A stretch of DNA of 64,000 nucleotides, from the NCBI GenBank assembly GCA_036172245.1, contig JAYWIR010000015.1, positions 3,968,001 to 4,032,000 on the forward strand, written 5' to 3'. This DNA is from Raillietiella orientalis. Its lineage: Eukaryota. The translations under genes were made by a program, and so were the position numbers. The notes beneath the pieces are model-generated. The model ran no database searches, had not been told where the DNA came from, and saw only the letters and a program-made list of their open reading frames with translations. Below are positions 36,050 through 47,250 of this stretch, piece after piece; within the stretch, counting starts at the first letter, position 1, and every line of letters starts with the position of its first letter.

Positions 36050-38330
36050 AAGGAACGCCTACGTTTTTCTGAATTTCATCTGACGCACGCAACTCCGCAG
36101 CCCTGGTTGTACTCTGAGACTAGCGATTCAGAGTGCTTTGCGGAGGCTGGTAGGCAATCGATGTCTCCGGTCGCAACGAAGACAGATAAAAATCTTTCTT
36201 CAATAGCAAAGGGACAAGAGTTCAACCTCCGGGACCTTGTGGAGCCTCAGAAGTCGATGCGACACGTGGCACTGCCTAAGAGAACCAGGGATTCTGGCCT
36301 GGGCACGTGCTAATTTGTGAGCATGATGAATGCGCACGCCATTCGGGAGATCCTTCTGTTGTTTGGCAGGGATCAAGTTGTTTGGAGTTCATCTATTCGA
36401 CAGAAAGCCTAAAAGGATGATGAGGGACAGTACAGTGGGCATCGTGATCAGTTTGCAGATAGTGACCGTGGGCGCAGGAAGTGCACTTGATTTAACAACG
36501 AAGTCCCCAGGAAGAGACTCGGGATTTGAACTTGGCTGCTAAGACTACATAAGAAATGGGAAGATGAAAACAGAGCTCAGGATTTGAATTCCCAAATGGA
36601 TCTTAAAAGATATTCATATTCATTTACATTTCGGGTAGAGTAGGAGCGGAGGAGAATTGGTTCGTGTTTGGTCAGCGGGCAGAAGGTAATGGTATCTAGA
36701 AAATCTGACGAGTCTTCCACGAGCAGCTCTGGAGTAAGAAGATGTTTGCGAATCCCCAAACGTGACTCTGCCAGCGACTTTGATAAGAATCCTTACTTTG
36801 CTCTCGAGTATTCACTCATATTCAGGATATGATGCTTAAGAATGGAAAGGAGCTCCAGGTATCGGAAGCAACAGATCGCAGATAGCAACTTCCAGCGGTG
36901 AGAAATTTCGTTACTTAGCGGTAAGAAAAGTTTTCAGAATCAGAAACTTCCATCTGAAGCCAAACAGATGAGTTGTATTCATGGGGAACGTTTATGGCTG
37001 GTGAGAAAAGTTTTCAGCTCGGACAGGAGTCTGGTGTGAAGATAAGTGGTGCAGAATTAAAGAGCGCAAGAAGTCTAAGAAACGTGGAGACGCTGGAATC
37101 ATGGAAACGTGAGAGAGAGAGAGCTGAAAATTTCAGTTCTGTTGTAGGGGCGAGAAGGAAGGAAGGAGGAGGAGGGGAATATCACTGCTATGATTAGGGA
37201 AGAGCTCTTCGTGGCTGTTAACGGGCGATCAAGTGGCTTTCTTTCCCGAGTGAAAGGATTCCTCCGCAGCAAGTCCTTTCTCAAGCAATAGCATGCTGAG
37301 ACACGTGCTGGACTCTAGTAAAGCCAACAGGGAAAAGACAAGTGTTCTGGGCATGCCAGCCTCCCACTGCAGTGGGTTTCGGTTGCCAACTGAGGCTGGC
37401 ACAAGGAAAAGAGAGCCGTATCTCGGGAAGATGCAGGAACGAAGAGCGCTTGCTCGCTGCTCTGCAACATCAAAGGATGAGTGGGAGACTGCACCCCAGC
37501 ATAGCAAATAGTTGGGACGTACAGCCTCTCAAAGAGAGTAGTTGATTGGAGGAGGAGAAAAGAGATACACAGCTCAGGACTGTGGCTTTCAGAGAATCGC
37601 TCTGGACGTACTGTCCATCAGAATGGCACCCTATCTCTAAATCGTAGATAATTTGCGATGCATGCATGAGGAGGTCACGACAAGTAGCCATCGTTCTCGG
37701 ATCACAGGTCACAACGCTCTTTTCCGTGGGACAGTGCGACAAAGTAAAACCATGGCTTATGTGTTTCTTCTGGTGCCCTACTTTCTTCCGCGGTCAGTCA
37801 TCGAGAGACGCCCTCATGAATCAAAGGTGGTGTCCATTGCACTGCTCCAACCATCGCCAGAAAGAAAAGCAGCAACCATGTTGCCGGAGCTTTCCTCTGC
37901 TGGTTTCTGGGGACCACGGAGAGATGGTCCTCTGTGCGACAAAACACCCAACACCATGATTTCTTTGCTGGTGTAAAACGCAAAAGATGATGTAGCTTGC
38001 CAAGCTGATGCTCTCCTGCGTGTACGGCAAGATACCGCAAAGGTGGTCACGGGGAGCATGCGATGCGGAAGAAGAAGCAGGGAGATGAAGAGAAATCGAT
38101 GCAGCTAGATGAAAGAAGGGTGGCGAGGCCGAAAAGCGAAAAGGGTCACCGGACGTTCAGCAAATGCACTGAAGACTTGCTGCGGGAGCATTACAGACCG
38201 GGTGACTGGTGCGAGGAGGCGAAGTGCCTCGGAGCTGGATGGCGCCAGGTGTGAGCTCGAATGGAGGCAGGCAGAGTGTGCTTCTGTTGAGTCTGAGCAT
38301 GCGACTCGCCCAGTGAGTTTTAATCATCAG
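36050..38330 (+). pseudogene. Maverick/Polinton protein-primed DNA polymerase B relic
   Basis: Collinear decayed motifs: NAHA (AHN), QFADS, RAIKWLSF (AIxWL), HVLDSS, VFWAC (CFWHGC), DEWE, LHPSIA / LGRT (LxPRDA..GGRT), LAKLMLSCVYGKIPQR (KLMLNSxYGKFGQR, ~37997-38044), GRVCFC (RVLYxDTDS). Confidence 0.6.
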
Positions 38331-39281
38331 GCGAGCTTGAACGAAAGATTCTGTCCTTCTCTTTCTTATGCGTGAATTCCTGCTTCCTCGGCCTCCTCGG
38401 TGAGAACGGAGTAAAGAAAAGCCAGCTTACTGGCTGCAGGGATCTTCGCCGCCGGTCTTCTGTACTTCGGAGGCGAAGTGCGCCTCTCGGCTGGCATGGC
38501 ATCTTGCTACCCTCTCCAGTGTCATTTGGACGCAAGTCGGTCTGGCTCCGCTCAGAAACAGGAGGGTTACTCTCTTTCGAAAGCGCTGCTCACGCTTACC
38601 GCCTGCCTTGGCTGAGTGACCTCTGAAGCGACGACTCTTCCGGAAAAGGTCGTGAGGAACCTCTCCGGGACGACTGTCCGTGCTTACTTTGCTCTTAGCG
38701 GCAAGTCCGTCTGCCAATGATGAATTTCTTCCGAAGGCTGGCAAAGTTCCACAGCTCGTAATTACACGCCAGTGACCCAGCATCGTGTCCCTGTGGCACA
38801 AGCTCGCTCCCAATGCTTCCATACTCCTCCTCCTCATCGTCCCTCCCTCAACTGCTCCCAGCATTTCTTTCTTCCTTTTCCTACCAGCATCTAGGTTAGG
38901 TTTTCTCCATTCTGTACCACCAACTCTCTAGCAAAAGAGAACCGCGGACTCGAGCACGACCTGTTGCTAGTCACCCATGGGGCATCAGGCTTGTCAAAGC
39001 ATCCAGAGACAAGAATACACGGAAACTGTAGAGCTCGCTTCTTGCATCTAGAAAAGATTGATGATGGAGCCACCAGATGTACGCCAGAGGAATGCATCTG
39101 GCGGCTCGCGTTGCAAGCCACTTGAGCAGACGTGCAACGCTCGCCACAGCTCGGGTTTAGTTTGTCAGGGGACCTGCGCCATAACCTCAGAGGTCATGAA
39201 GAGACAGAGAGACATCTCTGTCCTTGTCTGCCTGTGGGAACAGGAATCTGTTTCCCACCTCCTCGGACCTACGCATCTCAC

Positions 39282-39352
39282 TCCCATGCAGGCTAGTAGC
39301 TAGGATATCTGGTTTTCACACAGAAAACCCGGGTTCGATTCTCGGCATGGGT
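39282..39352 (+). tRNA. tRNA-Glu(TTC), probable pseudogene
   Basis: TCCCATG...TAGGAT.TCTGG-TTTTCAC-ACAGA...CCGGG-TTCGATT-CTCGG-CATGGG; anticodon TTC at 39315-39317. A-box substitutions, one anticodon-stem mismatch, 3' end disrupted by an inverted duplication. Confidence 0.8.
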
Positions 39353-40099
39353 CCGAGAATCGAACCTCTACCTATGGGAACCTCTACATCTGGGGTCTCG
39401 GGAAGAATGTGAAGCATCGAAAGATGACTTCAGCAGCAAAGATTCCTTCAGCTGGAAATGTGGAAGCAAGCAAAAGAACGGAACGTTCCAAAAGTCACGT
39501 TTTCCGGAGGCATCCCCTGGAGAAGCTTTTAGTCTAGGGAACAGCAAGATGGAAAACAAGACCTCAAGAATGCAAGCAGCTGAGTGCGTGAATCAGGTCC
39601 AACGATCTTGGGTAAATAAAGCACGCGTCAAGACATGCATGCGTCAGATTCTAGAGCTTCCTCTTCATCTTTTGGCACTTCATCTTTTGGCTTCCAGTTG
39701 GGGACCGCTTTCCTTTGACCTCTGGAGGAAAGAAGATCCCTTTCCCAAATTTTCTAATTTACGTTTAGGGATTTTTCGACTGTCGTGAAATTCAAGCTTG
39801 CGATTCTGAATGGACTTTGGGAATCGAGAGGCGGATCTATCACCGAGGAATCCACCGCTGAAGCTTCCGGCGGTTGACAGATTTCAAATCGAGATCCTAC
39901 GGGCAGGTGCCTGCAACTCCTTAACACAACCATGAGCTTGTTAAGAAGAAGCTCCTAATGAAAGTGCCGGCGCACGAGGCGAGCACGGAGAAGTTTGGCA
40001 GAGAACCTATCTCTCATCCAGCTATTTAGTGGGCTCATAGCTCCTATTCTAATATGCTCTGTGCTCTTAGTTCCCCGGTTTCCCTTCCTGAGAGCAGCA

Positions 40100-40720
40100 C
40101 CTCCAACTTCTAGGCAGGGCGGCTTCCGCATCTTCGGAAACTCGCCCCCGTGTGTGGGTCTCTAGTGTGCCGGATGCACGAAGCTACCATGACGTGCCTT
40201 ATTTTCTTCGAGTACTCCCTAGGGACTCTTAACTCGTGCAGGACAGCGTCATCTCCAGGATCTCAGGTTCCGAGTGGGCCGATGGTGAAGGCATGAACTT
40301 AGTTCTTCATCAACTGGAGGGCCACATCTTGGTATTTCTCAATTCTTTTCCTCCTGGCTGCGCTGAACGCTTCCTCTCCCTTCTCAAACGGGCAGCAGAC
40401 GTGCAGTACCATTGGTTGCCCTTGTACAGTACCCAGTCCGGTCGCGGAGAGGAGTTTACCCCCAGAACCTTCTGATTCAGAGAAATCAAAGTCTGCCACA
40501 TCCACCGCAGCGTTCTTCACTCCTCCTAAGATGACATCATGCCGCGCAGTGCAGAGACGAGGGCGCCTCATGCAATGATTAACAATACGAGGCAACGTCT
40601 CATATTGCTAATCGCCAGATTTACTAACCTCCAGAAACAGGAACAGGGAAGCAGTAGTTCCCCGTGATTAAAGAGTGCCAAGAGAATGCCATGCGCTGCT
40701 AGCACGCGAGACGTCCCGCT
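40100..40720 (-). mobile_element. Second Utopia/NeSL-like RLE element, degenerate 3' fragment (CCHC + restriction-like endonuclease)
   Basis: ETLPRIVNHC...RHDVIL, NSSPRPDWVL, HVCCPFE..EEAFSAARRKRIEKY, FTIGPLGT, collinear with 15389-16006. Confidence 0.75.
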
Positions 40721-41704
40721 GGCTTCCCATGATGTCCTCACAAGAACTCATGGAGTATGGGAGCTTTGACCGAGAAATGAACGTGGGGAACCTCATCCGA
40801 GGATGACAGCCGTTGATCCAGCCACAGGAAGAACTGCGGGCGCACTCGGGGTCCGATACGGCCTACATGCTCGAACCGGGGGCTGGGGAAGGACCATCAC
40901 CACGGCAGCTGCTGCATATCTGAAGTTGCAGCAGCAGAACCAGAGCAGAGTTCGTCATCTGTCAGTGGAGAGGGAGACTTGCCTTGCGAATGAGCTTTCG
41001 GGTTGTTTCGTAGGAGGCTCCTGTATCAGGAGCATCAACGAAGGGAATTCGGCTGTTAATAATTTTAAAAATGATATTCAGATATCTGCTATGATCCTGG
41101 ATTTATGGAATGTACTTGGAACAGCAATTAAGAACAGCAATCAAGGACGTTATTTATGGATTGGAGCATCATACACTTGTACTCCGACGTACTTTCATTT
41201 CACCTGATTACAGGGAACCATCGATGGCTGGGCAAGTTTCAGAGTTTATGAGTAATTTAACAACGATTTAATCCATTTCGATCGGGGACCACGACTTGAT
41301 ATGGATTCGTCATTTTTCGGTGTTACGTATGGCGAATGCCGACCATTTGGGAGAGCCATTTGTGCCCAGAGTGTCCAACCGCTCGTGTATGAAGCACGAA
41401 AACCTCATTTGAAGATTTAATTCGCATTGTATCATATGTGACAAGTTCCAGAGGATGAATTTTCTTGATGGAAGTGCTTCCTTATCGGGATTTCCGAACC
41501 GAGCAGTAAATTCGTTTCCGCTTCTCAGTGCCATCCCCAACAGCACAGCAAAACCACAAAGTAATGCTGGTCTTTCGTTGTTCCTTCGGAAGAAAAATCA
41601 GATCCGAAACCTTCATTGGACACTGCCCAGTGTTGGAGGAGTCAAAATCTCTGCGGTGACTAAGTTTAGTGCCGGTTTATCTGGATGTACCACGAGGTCT
41701 TAGC

Positions 41705-41835
41705 ACCGGGTGCCGACAAGTCTTCAAGCGTGGTAGAACCAAGTGTTCTACCACGAAAGAAACTGTCTATAGACTTTATTATGTAATTTTGTAAAAAATT
41801 ATGATAATAAATGCCCCGGCATATCCGGGTGATAA
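41705..41835 (+). mobile_element. 131-bp TSD-flanked mini-insertion with the Tx1-like family terminus
   Basis: ACCACGAGGTCTTAGC (41689-41704) and ACTACGCGGTCTTAGC (41836-41851) flank it; internal 11-bp hairpin at 41729-41755; ends AATAAAtgCCCCGGcatatCCGGGTGATAA. Confidence 0.75.
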
Positions 41836-44800
41836 ACTACGCGGTCTTAGCCAGACAGGACATGGGGAACACACGATGCGAATCTTCCCATTTAGCTTGG
41901 CTTTTGGCTGAAAGCACGATGAAAATTTTTCGAAGGAAAATAAGAAAAATCGCGCTTTCCTACATGCAGGATGGGCGTATAAATAACAGCATCTTTCTAG
42001 ACGTAAGATAGGCAGTGACGTAGGAAGAAAACATGACAATCAGCTTGAACAAGACCTACAATCTATCTTCATGTTTAGATGCAAGGCCAATTGAACACTC
42101 GCGTCAGACTCCAGCTAGAGATCATCAGTAATCGCTTGTTGGGAGGGTTTTAGAAGCAAATTCAAAAATTCGTGTGATACCATCTACTGCATACCAAGCT
42201 CATAGGAACGGAAACTCAGTTGGTACTCAATGCACTCAATCCATTGAGTGCGTATCGGGTTCTCGTCTCTAAGATGGGGGACATTGCGCGCAGGAGTTTT
42301 GTCTTGCGTAAACGGGCGCGGATCTGCAAGAAGTTTAGGAAACATGGGCGGCTGCTTGGGATCCGGAAGAATGACCGGAATGACTGGAAGCATTCAAACA
42401 GTGCTCTGGAGGATGAATATCTCTTACTTTCTTATGCTTTGTAGGATCATCTGCTTCTGGAGTTGCTCCCCAAGGAAACAAAAATCAGCTTTCTCTTGAC
42501 ATTAGTGGTCAGGTGAATGGCGCGATTCACCTGATCTCCGCTAATTAGGAGGAAGAAATGAAGCATGTTCTACGGTCCAAAACGGCCTCGGAAAAAATCT
42601 TCCGTTACGCAGCCACGTCTCCAGAATAGCAGTACTTCATACTTTTCTTATGGCATCCTTCAAGACTTCTGTGTTTTTGTACTGCGACTTTTGTCTTCTG
42701 TTTCTTCTATTTTCGTGCTGAGGACGCTAAGTGAAAAGAAGTTACCGTGATCGATCTCTTCATCACGTACCTGCACTGCAGTCAACCAAACCTGGTCGTC
42801 TCCTCTGTCAAGTAACAGCAACTTTGGTCATCAAAGCTGAAACACGACTCAAGAGGAAACGGTCTTCAAGTGCATATCCCGGTCTCACTTTATGAATGCA
42901 GCTTCTCAGCACAAAGGAAAGTGAATCTATTGCAGCCGATGTGCACTCTGTTACAAGTTTCTTATTGGCGCACTTTTTTCATCCTGGAAAATGATTGCGG
43001 CGAACGGAAGGACGATATGGAGATCAAGTTTTTGTTTTTGTTTTCCTTTCCGCAAGCGAAGTGCAGCGGCGCACGAAAGGCTCTACGAAATTCGGGAAAG
43101 CGAAGGACAACGCAGACGCATTCATCACGCCCATTTTCCTCCATAGCGATTTCACACTTACCCATGCATTTCCCTATCCCAATTTGAATTCTTTGCATTC
43201 TGAAGAATACGAATTAATGAAAGCATCCGAAGCATCTTGCGAGGTTAATGATACCACCACCTTGCGGAAGCAGCAAGAGGATGAATGTGAATTCCTCGTG
43301 AATTTCGAGGAATTGAGAGAGAAGAAGTCGTAGGAAGCCGCAGAAGGACTTCTTGGAAGACTCTTCGTGGAGGGAGCAATGCGAAGCCTGGAAGAATGAA
43401 GTGGTGAGAGTGAAATTTGTAACCGGGATGCTGAATCGCAAGATTCAAAGAATGGGATGCAGCGCCGAAACGGATTCCTGGATGCTTGCGAATCTCATAG
43501 CCTCGCATGCTTCAAGAGTAAGCATCTATAATACGTTGTGTTCCAGAAAGTCTAGCTCCAGACAATAGAATGGCGTGCATCGACACCTCGGCTTCGAGCG
43601 GAACGTGATGTACTGACGTAACTGATTAAAAAGAGAAAAACGGTCCAGCAGGAGTTTGGCGTTTCGTTCACTCTCATGTCATAAGCATTCATAGTTGAAG
43701 GAGAGGGCTGTGTCAGTCTTCAGAGCCATTCTTTTCCATAACGCTCAGCGGAAATCCTAGAACACGGAGGAAAGGTGGCCTTTGTGTACGCAGAGTTCTT
43801 ATCATGCCACGATCGGCGACCAGCAAGAAACCACGGAAGAACATTCGATCTCATCGTTTGGAGATGAAATACAGATCTTCGTATAACGCTGATTGGTATA
43901 AAGCGACGGAAGAATGTCATCAGCCCTCGTACAACGCGGTAAATCAAGTCTGTGGATAAATTTCAATTTTGGAATGTAGCGTCCGTTCCGCTGTGTTTTA
44001 AAGAGAATTCAAGCGCATGATTTAAGTAGGTGGAATTCTATTTTGTTTCGATTTCTATGAACAAAATGGAGTGAGGGAATACATTTTCCAAAGACACAAA
44101 TGATGGAACCGAAACTGTAGAATCGTTTCAATCGTTACGAATTTCTAAGAGCTTTTCTTAAATTAAATTTAGGTGATAAATAAGAAATTTTCGATTTTTA
44201 TCTAAAAGCGAACTAATAAATATTCTACTGTTATAAAGTTTAGGATGATTTTTGTATCACCTAAGAATACTCCCATATTATCCCTATGCAACTCATAGGA
44301 CTTGTATAATGGGTTCGCAAGCCGGAATACCTAATGTACTTTCGATATGTGGAATTTTAGAATTAAATCAATCAGCAAATTCCCCAGCATAATAGATTCT
44401 TTGGAGATCGAATCCAGAACGCAAATTGCTTCCAGGCTGTCTTCTTCCTCCAGCCTCTAATAGATGCGGTTTCTGGCAATGTGCGTTCGATTTCCGCAAC
44501 AGATTGGCTCGTGGCTAACGCCATCTATGACTTTCGATTCCAACGAGGAACTTCACCGCCTTAATAGAAGAAACTTGTAGCAATTCCACTGAAATCATTA
44601 GCCCCAGCAAGTAGCCGATTTGGGTGCAATCAAGGCAGATTTGTCGCCTTTCGTTCATTCCATGAAGAGGTTTTCGACGAGTCGGATTAAAGAGAATCTG
44701 ACGATCAGGTCGGTATCCCACTCACAAAAAAAAAAAAAAACAAAAAAAGGAAAGGGATCGTAAAATGAAACGATTAAAAAATGTTCCAAAGTCCTTGGAT

Positions 44801-46279
44801 TTTATAAATCAGAAGAAAGAAAGAGGGTTAGCTCACTTGGAAAGCGTGGTATCTAAGAGATATTCCATCTTCATACGATTTGCGTCTCCATAGTTCTCCA
44901 AGGCAGAATTCGAAGTTCTTGCCGCGTCCAATGGTCACCGCCTTGGGTTTATAAAATTGTATCCACAGGCCGAAAGACACCTTCCTGGACAAGTGTCTTT
45001 CATTTATTTTGTGTATTTCTCTCCAGGAACTCGGTGAGAAAATTGCATCACTTTTCATAATGGAAACTGGGACTTCCATATAAATGATGGCCCAGAATCG
45101 CGGGCCAATAGGAACTGCTTCAGTTGTTTTCAAGCGTCATATCAGACAATTTATTTCCAGATTCGCTGATATTTCTTTTTGAAACTTGACCGAGCGAGCA
45201 AAGGCATCTAGCGTTTCTATCAGAAATGGATCATTTTTATCCCAGATCTTCTAAAAATTTCCTCAAGACCGAAAACTCCGCAAGTTCCTTTGCCAGTGAA
45301 ACTTCGAAAAACTGATTCATCTGTATTCTGAATCTCACCGATTCAACTGATTCATCAACTGATCAGAAGGGTGTTCATTCTTCCAATTTTACGTGACTCC
45401 CCAGTCCCCACGGCCTGCGAAGCTTACGTCCGCACACAGGAAGTAGCAACTCCAAGACATCTTGCTGTAGAGAATAACAGTCGGAGGCAACTGATCCCGG
45501 GACACCCAAGCAGCCCCATACTCTGCACTTCCCCTCAGTTTTCCTGCTTTACGAATTTTCAGAAGAGCTCCTCCCAAGTGACTTAGGGAGAAGATAGCCT
45601 TCATCTGTGAATGAGATGTCGATGACCTTCACCCCAGAAACACGAGCCATGGAGATGATTGTGGAAAGAGAAGCATGCCCAAAGGAGAGAAAGTTCATTC
45701 CTGGAAGCAACTTCTAGAATGGTTGGTAGGAAATCTTTGATCAGAGTTTTTCTCGTTTACCTTCAAGGAAGACCAGACTTCAGCTTCTTGAGAAAAAAAG
45801 AAAAAAAAGGATCAGCCCCCGAAAATTGGTTGTCCGTAATGCCGTGGTTCGTCTTCAAAGTTCCATTGATTCCACATCCGAGCACTTGCTTCGAGATCCA
45901 CCAGTCACAAGCTACTTGGTCTCTTCCTGACAGCTTGCTCTTATCCTGTTTCTTTCATTTGGTGAGCACGTTGCAAGGATCCGTTCTCTCGTTCGCTTAC
46001 TCCACCTGCTTCCATAGGACACACATTCTTTTAAAGGAACTACCCATGAAGTATTTGTCTATCCTCTTGAATTTTTTTTTTGTTGGAACAACTTCATCCA
46101 CCACTCTTGGCCTTCCTTTGTCAAAAAGAAAAAAAGTCACTTTCAGGGCTTTCAGAGAGCAAATGATGCTCCATCTCACAGAAGGAATGAAGACCCTTCC
46201 ACAGCTGCGCTGATGGCGAGAAGGCCATGTCCAAGAAGATGGCTCAACCAGAAAGTTATGCCACCATCGCCTTCAGAAG

Positions 46280-47250
46280 TGGAGATGGGAATGCATTCAT
46301 TATACGAATTGTTGTTTGCGCTGCTCCTGCCTCTTCAGCACGCAGACAGAGACGAACCACAGTGCCCTTCTTTCGTGGGGTATGTTTTGGATGAGTACTC
46401 CTGGATGCACTGAAAGATCCATCAGCCTCTTTTCGGGAAAAGTTCCTTGGCATCTCAGCGGAGAGAGGATGCGGCGCTTCGTTTCTGACCTGTCTTGGGT
46501 CGGAAGAACTGTTTCTTTCTTTGCTTGACAGCTAAGGAAGTAGTGAAACAGACAGCATTTTATCGGAAGTATGTTCAAGTGTTTTCCTTCAGAGAGGATG
46601 TGATGGACCATCCAGTCTTCGAATCTGATCTTTGAATGAGGGATGTATCAGGAATAAGAACAGGTAAACACCACCATTATCAAGAAGTTGCTTCTTCGAG
46701 CTTTCATTATTTATTAACTATTCTTAAATCGATAATTTTTTCTGGAGGAGTTTAATTTCCTTGTTTTCCCTTCTACGCCGCCCCTCGAAACAATCAAAAA
46801 GATGGATGAGGTCATCTTGATGAAAGGAACAGAAAACTTCTGTCTTTTTTGGCTCGCAACTAGCAAGATTAGGCTCTCGAGGAACACCATAAATACTTCC
46901 TCCTTCAACCATTCTCGAATATTTTCTGAAGACACGAATCAGCCTGCATGTCTGCATCCCCATATAAGGGAGCATCAGGAGATAGTTTCTGGACGTTGTG
47001 GGTGTACATGGAATGTATTCGATTAGCATGCTCGGGAGTTGCCATACGACATAAAAATTCCTGACAGGAGCCAAGCTGCAATATTCTCAATCTGGATTGG
47101 GAGATAACAAGCAGGGAAAGCAGAAGAAGATGTCTGGGGAACAAGTGACGTCGCTTTGTGGGGAGAAACAGAAAAACGGAATAGGGATGGGGCAGCTTCA
47201 CTGAATGAAACGAATGCGAAGTCTGCAGCTTCCATCTCCTGAGGAACCAA
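46280..47250 (-). pseudogene. Possible MULE (Mutator-like) transposase relic
   Basis: Decayed motifs in order: SYGN, SMYTHN (DxTHN), IRRLD / WMVHHIL (RRLDWLVHxL), faint SWIM-like Cys region. Confidence 0.35.

Noticed and set aside
6551..41851. Strict sequence-specific targeting by the Tx1-like family
   Set aside because: The three readable TSDs and the other 3' flanks share only GC-richness, with no common motif and no snRNA or rRNA target.
40800..45200. Short ORFs and splice-like signals as host gene exons
   Set aside because: No recognisable domain and no consistent exon chain; frames contain stops. A diverged gene cannot be excluded.
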